Source of the DNA: Phoronis australis
Lineage: Eukaryota; Animalia; Phoronida
DNA length: 64,000 nt
NCBI GenBank assembly: GCA_002633005.1
Contig: NMRA01000064.1
Coordinates: forward strand, 876,360-940,359
Direction of reading: 5' to 3'
Below are positions 1-12,200 of the stretch, in pieces. The notes beneath the pieces were generated by a model that did no database searches, was not told the origin of the DNA, and was given only the letters and a program-made list of their open reading frames with translations. Position 1 is the first letter of the stretch; every line of letters begins with the position of its first letter. The translations under genes were made by a program, and so were the position numbers.

Positions 1-275
1 TGGAGACACAAAGCTCTCCATGACATACATGGAACCATCAGAATTCAACGATCGATGATTCACCAAAATTCCCTTGAACTGATCGTCGAAGAAGAAGAGA
101 TGAACGCGCAAGATTTTCCTGGGCTCAAACTGACACTGTTTCAATGCCTCATTGTGTGACTTGACTGAGAGACGACTCAGCGAGAAGTAAGCGGAATAAT
201 AGACGTCACTTACTGGTGTGTAAAGGTCGACATGGTCATACTCACTCTGCCAGTAAGAATTCAAGCCAGGGGTAC
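1..275 (-). CDS. oxt: Xylosyltransferase exon 11 (partial)
   Basis: Acceptor ttattctag at 276; reads [36 protein letters not shown]...YVMESFVSP, open to the window edge. Confidence 0.9.
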
Positions 276-3200
276 CTAGAATAAGTAAGAGTTGTTACCT
301 AGACCTGCACAGTTACGTCTCCAGGTATTGGTACTGCTGAGGAAGGTCTGATTTTTTGTACACTATCATTAAAATTATAAATTCTTAATTCAAAAAAAAT
401 CCTCAATATTTCATTCTTTTCTACTTTGTACAACAAGAACCTACAGCAGTAGCAGGCATACAAATAAGTGAAAAACACTGTTTGAAGCAACACTGTTTTG
501 TCAGGTAAACCTTTTTCCAATTTCTCTAACAGTGAATTACATTGTGAATTACAAATTTCAGTGGAATATAAGCAAGGAAAACACCTGAATCGCGGACACA
601 ACAGTTAAACTTCACTCCTGTACCAGAACTGCCAAGGCTTAGCCAGCCGCAACTCACGTGAAACACAATAATAATTTCTCTAACAACAGCAAGTTTACAA
701 AGACCACGTGACCCATAGAGTTACAAAATAACAAAAAGTAAGAGATACAACAGCCAAGGGTGGTCAACCACTGCCAAAATTCTAATTCTAATGAAGTGAA
801 GTTCGTTAGATTCCTGTATTATTCAATTTCAATCTTGGCAATTTTGGCTTGACCAGTTTATTGCTGTACGTAGCTTTATGATATAAGTTCACATGATGAG
901 TGAAAACAAATACAAACCTTTTGGATAATCCCCAAACAGCCACTGCTCTACCATGGTGACTATGGAGTTACTGATCACTGCTTCAAACTTCCGTGCAAAA
1001 TACACAGGCTTGGTCAATGTATCCTGAAATGGAAAGACAACTAACGGTTAGAGGATGTACTCTGCTCTTACTTAGACTTTCAATCCTCGTCAATATGACA
1101 TTTTCAGCACCATCACAGCAAATTTGTTATCAAAACATCTGAATGCTTCCTCATACCTTAATGAAACAGATTTGGGAGTCTAGTAAAAGGAAATTTTGGC
1201 TAACACACGCCTTGAATGTGACACCATCTAAAAAGTTTTTGCTACACACAATGTTAAGTCAATGCCCACAGGTTTGTCTCCAGTTTTCAGGAGTGCATGG
1301 AGAACTCGCTGGGCGTGACTGTTCACTAATCATATAACCGTGAACTAAAAAACAAGACATAAGTCTCAGTTCAATCAACACTACCACGCTGTCATCACAT
1401 TATTACGCGATTGTATTTAAGGAGAGTTCAGCAATCAAGTGGAAATATAAAACACACCAAGGAATTCTTCATTGTGACAAAGTATATAAACACAGGTGCT
1501 GTTTATTTAGAACAGAACATGACGGACAACTGAAATTTTGTTTTCTCATCTCGACATAAAAGATTAATAATGCCAAATATCAACGTTTTGAGATGTTCAA
1601 AATTTGTACCATAGTCACCATGGTTACCATCACACTCTATTTCCTTAAATTGTTGACATTGCTAACAATGTGACAAGACTTTGAAAACTGATTAATATTA
1701 GCAATTATTGTGTTTGGCCAAAATTGTGGATTTTACTGTTTAATGAAGGACAGCATAAAACTATTAAAAGCCGAGGACAAACTTAAAAAGCATTATTTAC
1801 TAATAAATATTAAAATTTCAATGCTTTTAAAATTTCTGACTTTCTGCCATTTTTGATTTTGACAAGAGCAAAGCAACGCATTGACATGCACCTGCCGTGT
1901 GCATCACAATGCAACACATTGACATGCACCCACCCAGTGCATCACAATGCAACACATTGACATGCACCCACCCAGTGCATCACAATGCAATGCATTGACA
2001 TGCACCCACCCAGTGCATCACAATGCAATGCATTGACATGCACCCACCGTGTGCATAACAATGCAATGCACCGACATGCACCCACCCAGTGCATCACGAT
2101 GCAATGCATTGACATGCACCCACCGAGTGCATCACGATGCAATGCATTGACATGCACCCACCCAGTGCATCACGATGCAATGCATTGACATGCACCCACC
2201 CAGTGCATCACAATGCAATGCATTGACATGCACCCACCGTGTGCATCCCAATCACAAACATCAAACAAGTAACGGATGTCTGTGATTATTATTTCAAACA
2301 CTACGCCACTACAGGGAATGACACGTCTACTAGTGTCTAACACTGTACCACCACAGGGAATGACACGTCTAATAGAACTAAAATAGCCACTAAGGAAGCA
2401 GTATTCCATGTATACATCAGGAGTTTTGACGCGTGATGTCCAATCCCAATACACATAAAGCATTAGTTATGTTTAATAGTAAGATTATACAGACAGAAAG
2501 GCAGACAAAGTCATGGTCACTAGGCAATCCAATACTGATGCAATGCATCCAAAACATCAATAGGCATGTGTCATCCAATCCTTGATACTAAAATCAAAAT
2601 TCAATGAATATCTGTCCAAAAATTGGCATGAAAAGAATGAGGTTTAGAAAGCTTTAAAGCTCTATCACTAGGTGTGGTATCACAAATGTGACATGTTGTT
2701 TGTGTCAATCATATAAAACTGCAGTCTGCATCAATCGAAATATGTCAAGAATAACAGACTTGGCTAAAACATTGTGCCAAGTAACAAGCTTGTCATTCAG
2801 GAAGCCTACAACAATGATGGCCATTTTTGAAGCAGGTTCCTCATCATATCACAAATCTCTTCCAGTACAGTAATGCCTTTCCACTACCAGTCACCCCAAC
2901 CTTGCATAGTCACGTACAAACCTTAATCCTGGTGAAGTCATCCCTCTTGAAGTCATTAGGTGAACAGCCACACCAGTCTACAATGTGTTTGTACTGACAC
3001 TGACAGCCCTGCTTCCTGCGCCAGTTGGTCAGATGTAAGTTGTTATCCACCCATGTGTCACAGTAATCACTGTTGTGCAGGACGGTGTGGTAGAAAGACT
3101 GAAACAGCATGAGTGTAATGTCAAGGGTGTAACCATGGTGAGGAAGGCTTGTGTTAGAACCATTGCACACTAGCTGGCGATAGTGTTATTTTAAGCACAG

Positions 3201-6200
3201 GGCATAGATGATGCATGTTTTAATTCAAGTAATGGTCTACCAGTGGTTAATGACACTTTTGTGAAGTAATGGACAAAGGATCTATCACACGGGCTTTCTT
3301 GCTGATAATGTGTCATAGTTTACTTCTAGTGGCACAGACATTTTAAGACTATCCCTACTCTTTTCTTTCATAAAGTCACATGTTGCCACAGTCAAGCCCT
3401 GTTAAATAAATGCTAAGTACCACAAAATGCAGAAAATTCTTCAGTACAATATCAGCTAGAGGTTTTTAATTGACCAATTGGAATTTGTTTGGTAATTACT
3501 ACACTAGATAACACTAGATTAGGATGTTATGAACATGGCTGTCAATATGGAAGACGTAGAACTCACCTCGGCAGGTAGTAAAGTGTATTTGTAGTAGTGC
3601 TTCAGACCTGTCACCAAGGGGTCAGTGGAGCCAACCACGTACCGACAGAACTGTCGGTTCAGACCAATCCAGTCACTGCCTCCGTCCTGACGTATACCGT
3701 CCAACAGGGGGCGTGAACCCATCCGCCACATGTGAGTTTCGCACTCAAAGAAGGTACGATCCATGCCTTGCTTACGTAGGAATCTGTAACAAGAACAAAC
3801 TGTGTGATAAGGGCAAATTAAAAAAATCAAGATACAGTACAAGCCAAAAGCATTCAGACAAAATGACCCAGAATTCCCTGTCATGATACAGTACAAGCCA
3901 AAAGTATTCAGACAAAATGACCCAGAATTCCCTGTCATGATACAATACAAGCCAAAAGCATTAAGACAAAATTACCCATAATTCCCTATCATGATACAGT
4001 ACAAGCCAAAAGTATTCAGAAAAAATTACCCAGAATTCCCTGTCATGATACAGTACAAGCCAAAAGTATTCAGACAAAATTACCCAGAATTCCTCGCCTT
4101 AACGGGTGGAAGCTGAATTCATCGCCAGAGTAGCCGTCCCTCATGATCAAAAATGGAGGGTATTAACGGGTAAGTAAGTAAAGTAGCTCAGCCATTCTGT
4201 TATTAGAATTTAGCCATCATAAAAGTTATAACCAGTCTTTTTGCTGTTAACGGACTAAACTAGCCGACACAATGGAGGAATGGTATTTTGTCTGATTACT
4301 TTTCACTTGCATGCATTTATTAAATGATAACAGGAACTCCAGGTCCATCAACATTAGTTAAGTTTATTTGTAATAAGCAAAAGTCTATCTTCCTTGCGAT
4401 ACTTAAATTGCCAATTCAAACATTTTGCGGCATCACAATGATAGGGGATGTACTAGTATGTACCGCGTTGCATCTACAAAATGAACCTTTAAAACATTAA
4501 TTTTCATACCAGTCCCAATAATAAAAAAGGAAATAATCAGAATCCACTGTTGCTTCAGTATCAATGACAATAATTTTTAAAATAGCACAATGAAAAAAAA
4601 TCTAGGTTTACTTTCAGATTTTATCATTTAACAAAACCTAACACAGTTGTGTGGTTATAATTAACAAACCAATGCATACTTGGGCGTGTTTGAACCACTT
4701 GACCTTAAGAAGTTGTATCCTTTATAGACTGTCAACCAGGTGGTCAGTTCCTCTACTGTTCTGAAAGAGAAACGGTACTTGCATTAAATTAAAAGACTTA
4801 AGTTGTTACATACCATCAAGTTCATCAAAAGAAAACTGTTCAAACATATTGAATGCCTGAATACAGCAAAAGTACACCCTAATGTAACATGATGAGTGGA
4901 CATGTAGTGACCAAAGCTGAACTTAGCTGACCAATAGGAGGCTTTTTCACTGACTGATTATATATTGGACAGTAGAGCTGTGCTGCCCTCTGGAAGCATC
5001 TGGAAGTACTTTCAGTTCATAGCCCAAAGTGACACGCAGGGTGACAGCAATGACAGCAATATTGAGCCACATAATTACGTATACATGTTTGTGGGCGCAT
5101 AACATGAAAATACTTTTCAAACCCGAAGTAGGATGCAAGATGTAAACATGTCAGACAGTGACAGTAAGCTGTACTCTCTAGTCTTTCTGATAGCATAACT
5201 GTCTTCAAGCATCAAGGCAACGACCAATTTTCAGTCCCTGTCTCAGTGCGTAACAACTTGCCATTATGTCAGAGAAACATAATAAACCTATAGGACCGTC
5301 CCTGATTACACGACACTCGAATCTCGCTTTGTTTACCCACAATGCCGTAAGCATCTGTCAGGCCATTGGAGTTCCACATGTTCTATGCGGCATTACTCTA
5401 TTCGTCCTTCCAGTGCTAACAAAGTATTACTGCTGCATTGTGGGATGAAACTCCAACATGACAATGTTTGACAAACTGAACAGATACTTGTGGATGCGTA
5501 ATGTAAAGTTCTCCGCCTTACCGATGTCAATGAGACGCAAGAAAATGCAAAGCGAGTGGGTAAAACACGTTCATCGTGTTATTTTTGCACCTAACAGAAT
5601 TACACTTTCTTGAAGATAACCGATCAATTAACAGTGGAAATCAGGAATATTTCCAGTAGTATACAACTTACCGGTCTCCGACATGATCTGCGAAAATGTG
5701 CCAGATTTCCAAAACGAGGTCACACGCTTTCTTATCTCCGAGACAAAAGTCCGTGCTATCACCGTGTAATTCGGGACGGCCCTTACACAACTTATCACAG
5801 TTCAGTACACAAGACACACAGTGTTAGCATTGTGCGACTTGATCACTGAATCACAAATTTTGATTTTAAAAATCATCTTTTTCAACACCCTTTTTAAAAC
5901 ACATTTCAAAAATATTTTTACCAAGAAAAAGGAAATAAAATTGAACAATAACGCTTTCAAAAAGGTAAAATGTTCACAAGGCATTTAAAACTACTCTCTT
6001 GATTGCTAAAGGGTAGTAGACTGATTCGACTATAATGTGAAGTGAACAATTTGTTCATGCAAGTGATCTAGTATGTGAAATTGATGGCAGAGGGCAGTCA
6101 TCACCAGCTAACTAATATTGAGATTTATTGGAATGGCCATTGACCCAAAGTATAACAAATACATGATAATAAATTGTCAGGTGTGCTACAAACTAGACAG

Positions 6201-9200
6201 TAAAGTGAGAGGCTTGAGAGCAAAGTGGGTGAACATTAGAGGTGAAATCTCAGGAGTTCTCGTGAGAAATTCAAAACAAAATAATGTGGGAGAATGACAC
6301 AAGTGACCGCTATAACATTGCAACAAAGCTCAGTGCTTTGTGACAACAAACTTTGACTTTACAAGCGGAGTACATTAGTACATACTTGACAGGGAAATCA
6401 GATTCAGACTTTGACTATACAAGCGGAGTGCATTAATTTGACGGGGAAATCAGATTCAAACTTCGACTATACAAGCGGAGTGCATTAATTTGACGGGGAA
6501 ATCAAATTCAAACTTTGACTATACAAGCGGAGTGCATTAATTTGACGGGGAAATCAAATTCAAACTTTGACTATACAAGCGGAGTGCATTAATTTGACGG
6601 GGAAATCAGATTCAAACTTTGACTATACAAGTGGAGTGCATTAATTTGACGGGGAAATCAAATTCAAACTTCGACTATACAAGCGGAGTGCATTTATATT
6701 TAGTACATACTTGATGGGGAAATCAGATTCACTCAAGTTGATGAAAAAGTCCCAGTGCCAGTCCTTCATTTCAAGCAAGTCCTTCATACATCGCAGCTGC
6801 ATCTGTAGCAGACTAGCCCCGCCCCAAATGGTTGATGCCCGCCACTTAGTCAGCTTGACATTTGGAAAGCCCGCCTCCAACCCAGACAACTCACGATGTA
6901 ACATCTCTTGGCGCTGAAATGTCAGTACATTTGGGTACAAACCGTCAACAAGACCTTTGGAATACCTCGTGCCCAATCTGGGCTCTCAGACTTGCTGAAC
7001 GATCTGCAAATTATGAGATTATTGCAGCTAAGCTAAAAGTGTCAAACGGTCGTTATTTTTTTGATCTTGACCATTGCATTGTGAGCGCTTTGAGAAAAGA
7101 GATCCTCTCTTAATAATATGCAATTCTAAACAAAGTATAAATCCCTCAGGCTACAATATTACTTACTGAATCAACATGAATGTAGTAGTAATGGTTAATG
7201 TGGAATATTGCTTTAAACAGGCGAAGTACTTGTCTGTATGCCCTGCCGTTGACAGACAACACAAAAACCACACGGACAGTGTTGGGAGGGTGAAGGGGGC
7301 CGGCAGGAATACGAGCTACAGTGTTGCCCGGCTTGTCTGCAACAAGTTAAAAATGACACATGTTGAGACTGGATGGAATTAGACAACACAGAAACAGGTA
7401 AAACATTTTAAAATCCAGTAAAATATTTATTAAAAAACATTCAGTCCAGCTTTCAAGCTTTAATGGGTGCGGGTCATCAGGTATGAGGACAAGTAGTGGT
7501 TGGTTTAAGTAAAGCTTTTAATTTGCATCACATGTCTTCATAGCGGACGAAGAGCTGCACTTGTAAACTTAAGGCTTGAGATTCAGTGACCATCAACAAA
7601 CTACTTTTACCAGATCTTCAAGTATTTTACAAACCTGTTTCTACGTTGTCTGCAACAGGAAGTAAGAGGAAATCTGAGCCCTGACGTGAACACATGTTAT
7701 CAAAATTGATAATAAGCTCATCAGAAAAAAAACAGGCATGCGGTATGAATTTTTGTTGCAAGTGAAGTGACAATTTTATAAACGTCAAGTGGATTAAACT
7801 AAAAGCTAGTTGAACTGTAAGCCTTTGCATTTATTTGTTGATTTGAGGCAGAACATTTCATCAGAGATATTTTTCACTCAAATAAAAAGGCAAAAACACT
7901 GATGGAGTAATAAAGTCAGTGCATATGAAGCAACACCAACAAAAAGCACTTTAGACACTTTCTGCAGTAAACGCATTAAACATACCTCCAAAGCCAGTAT
8001 TGTATATACTAGTGGATAGATAACCCCCACACATGACAGACCGGTTCCTTGGACACGGTTCACCACAGGAAGACTCAGGCAGTTCACCATGGCGACCATA
8101 ATGATCACCACACCAACACTCTCGACCAAACTGCAGTCCTGCATACCTCTGCCCTAAAGCCATACACGAGAAACTGCCACTGACAACTTTCACTGTCTCT
8201 TTTACACACAGATATGTCACACTACAATTGACTGAAGAAAACACAGAGAATATGCTTATATTTACAGCCAACAGGGGGCATGGATGATTGATATTTGCAA
8301 AATCCCAAAAATTTGAAAAAGGTCAGTGGAAAACAACACTGTGAGTCATCACCTGAGCCAGATGACAATCACGACCGCTACTTGACAAACTGCACTTGAA
8401 TAAAACTACCCTAAATATGTTCCTTGTTTACACCAGAACAGGCAATTCTCAAATGTAACATTAGTAACTTCCTGAAAGATACTGACAAATGAAGTACCTC
8501 AATGTACTACTAGGTGGCAGCAGGTGTCAACATTCCCCATGGAAAGCTATAACTGCTGTGTGAAACTCACAAACTTGGGAAGGGAGAACATCTTCCACAG
8601 ATAACAGTTGAATTCATTTGGTAAAAATAATCAAGAAACAGTTTTTAGAGCAAGTCTAACAAGTATGTTGTTTTAACAACACTATCATGTTTTTAAATGC
8701 GGCAAAATAACATTTGCACTTAATAATATTACATAACAAACTAATGATCATCAAATAAAGTGAAAATGATGGGTATTGTGAGTACTTCAATATTTTTTTC
8801 CACAAAAAGCAAACCGTTTGATGTAGAATTCATTTTTTATAAATTAAACTTGTTTTCTCTCAAACCAAAAACTGGACAATACAAAAAACAAGCATCATTA
8901 CTTAGAGCAGCAACTTACTACATTATTTGGCTTCTTCACAACAATGTGTTTGACGTAGGTCATGTTTTATTGAAGCACCAAAGGCCATATAAGGAAACTT
9001 GACATTGTTTATTTTTACAAGTACCTCCAGAGGGACCAGCAGGATTTAGACGGTGGTTCAATCACAAACATGCAGGTAATTGACGTCGGCCAAATAATAG
9101 AAGTCACTGACAATAATGAAATATCAAATATGGGCTAGTGTGCATGGAGGCTTGTTGCACATGATGAGATGAAATAAAAAAGTGTTAACCTAGGAGTACC

Positions 9201-12200
9201 TAACCAAATCCTTAACATAAAATTTTATTGTCCCTGTCATCATGCAGCTAAGAACTAGTAACACAGCTCAGAGGTATTTAAATTCAAACTAAGTAAAAAC
9301 AATTAATTCATTCATAAATTTCTGCCCGCTTACAGCCAAGTTGTGGGACCCTTTCACAGGTTCACACCATTATCAGTTTTAGCAGAAGTACGTACCTGAT
9401 CTGAGACAGTAATTAATACAATACTGTGGACTGTTGTAATCAGTAGCTGTTTTGAGACCCTTCAGGTCGCGGTCGTCCCTCTCATCTTTGTAACAACCCA
9501 AGTACTGGCCACCAGAGGACTCTGTGAACAACAACAACGACTATATCACTGCTCTGAGAGCTACATATGGCAAGTTAGACCTCCTAATTGTACACAATTA
9601 CACACTGACCGATTGATTTACTGTGACTTGTTTCTCAGCCACAAACTATTTTTAACGCTTTGTAATTGGAGACAGTGCATTCTGTTTTGGTCACATGCAA
9701 TTATCAGCCAACAGCGACATCAAACTATACAGTAACATCAAATTATAAAGTAATATCAAATTAAAACTAGTAATATCAAATTAAAAAGCAGCATAAAATT
9801 AAATAACAACTTACATCAAATTAAAGATCGGTGTCAGTGTTTTGAATTTCCAAAACTTCATAATATGATAACATACAAATTTATTTGGGAAACTTATGTA
9901 GACATTCATTTTTTTAAGCTAATTGCTCACAATTAATAGAATTATACTTTTGGTTTTACACTGCCTAAACACTGATGTCAAAACTTCGACAGATCGTAAC
10001 CCTCCACTTTGCCTCTGTGTAAAAAAAACGCCATGAACCTACGACATCATAGTGAAGTAAGCCTGCTTTTTGAATATGGAAAGAAATAGCATGTCATACT
10101 ACTGGAGATAATTTCTGAACTTAAACACCAACTGAGTTACCTCTCAAAGGACAATATCGCGGAAGTGATATTGTGTAAAAATCCTTCTTCTGTAACTGAC
10201 ACCCAAGATCAACAATTTGCCTTTGACACTTTAAAGTCGTAGCTCGTTTAAGAGCTGAAATCACATCCGCATCTTGTAGCTGACAGGGGGCACTAGCGAG
10301 TAAAATGCTAGCATTAATGGCAGGCTTTGTGGCTTTTGAGGCCATGGACCCTATCTCCATCTTTATTCCAGCTCGCTGATCATTGTTAAGGTGTGGGTTG
10401 ATGTGCCTCATGGCACTTTGCTTGTTATAAACGTCATCATTGTCATCAATGAAGAACTGTAAATCAGGCAAAGACATACTTCAAATAACAAAATACTTGA
10501 TGTACTAAGACAAAAAAAAATCATGGAAAACTTTATAACTAGAACAGCAACTGTGCGCTCTAGTACATGGTCATGCATCAGTAAATCTGATAGAAAAGAT
10601 GACTGTCACTCATTCTAGTTTGTAAATGAGTGGCCTAAGTACAGTGCACTGGACTTATCAACGAAAAATCTCGGTATGAGGGTGCCATCATCTTAAATGT
10701 ATTTTTGATAATCTTCGAGAATGAATAATACAAGAATCACCTGTTTTGATCTTGGTTATATCTTATTCTCTGTTTCTTCTGTCATAAAGAGATGACAGAT
10801 TTGTCTTATTTTCCAAATAAACGTTTTGCATTTTTCTGCACTGGTATGTAATGATTGTTTTCATGGATCCAAAGCTTCAGGAGTGCTGGAGCCAGTACTG
10901 GTGTTAAGAGTCTCCAACACTACAGTGGTGTTTTTAATGCCATCCACTGCTAAGGAAGTGCAACTTTGTGGTCACACATGACCACTAGTTGATGTTTGAG
11001 GAGTCACCCATAGACAACAATGCACTAACTTGAAACATAATACTAGCTCAGCCAGACAGGCCAACAGGTGCAGATGTCCGCTATTTTAACATATAATACA
11101 ACTGACAAGAAGACAGAGTGATTCTTATGTGCAGCTCAACATACATGCCCAGGTAAAACACTCATTTTAACTCCATAACATGTTGTGAGAGTACACAGTA
11201 ATTACAATTATCTTCTTTCTTAAATGATATACACGTCGTTCGAACTGAAATATTTTACGTATCAGTTGTTGGCCAATGGTTATCATCATTTCACGAGCAA
11301 TTTGTCATAAAATATACCATTGTTGCAACAAACACCAAAATGATAATTAAATTTCAAATTACAAAGATCTGTAATCAATATTGGCAGATCAAAGAATACA
11401 ACTGAAGATTTAGGAGGTTAATTTTGAGAAAAAATATGTTGATTCGAATCTTTTTGCCTGATCTTTTGATATACGGCTTCTGGCAACTGGAATGCTTGAA
11501 ACAATATCACGCTAATAATTTAATAAGGCTAATCTACCAAATTCCCACAACTGTTCCCATCAACCACAATCAACACATGTGCTGTCCCAGTCAGATACAG
11601 GTCTGTTTGTGAGATAAATGTCCCCTGACACAACAGCCTGCATAACGAGTAGGTGTGACACCTGGTGTGGAGTCTGGTTTTTTCACAGGGTGGATGACAC
11701 CATTGCTAAATCGTATTCATAATGTAGTATCAAAGCACAGTAAAAATTCTCAAGTTTGGGGCACAGAAAAAATAGTTACTTTGTTCAAAGTTGAGCCAAA
11801 TTTTCGAAATAAGCAATAGAAGTCAACCCAAAGTCAAGAAGTGTGAGAATAAAGAAACATTTTGCATTAAAAGTCATATGAGAATTGATAATTTTGACAA
11901 TTTCCTTTCAGATTTTAATGATACAAAAAGTTGTGTCCAATATTTGAGAAAAATGATAAACACCAAAATTGCTCATTTTAAAAAAGGAATAAAACAAGTA
12001 ATGAATCCTAAAGACTGATGAACAACCACACCTTTTAAGGTTTGCAAGCTACATAAGTCTTCCTTAAATATATATTTTCGTACTTTAAAGAATTTTATTT
12101 TTTCTACATTGTCTAGCTTTATCCAGTCTCGACTTATGTCATTTTTAACTTAAAAAAAGAGAAATGCCAGCTCAAACTCTTTCCATTATTCTCAACTTTG

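Noticed and set aside
1942-2463. Repetitive Cys/His/Met-rich ORFs
   Set aside because: Translations of the 38-bp intronic minisatellite.
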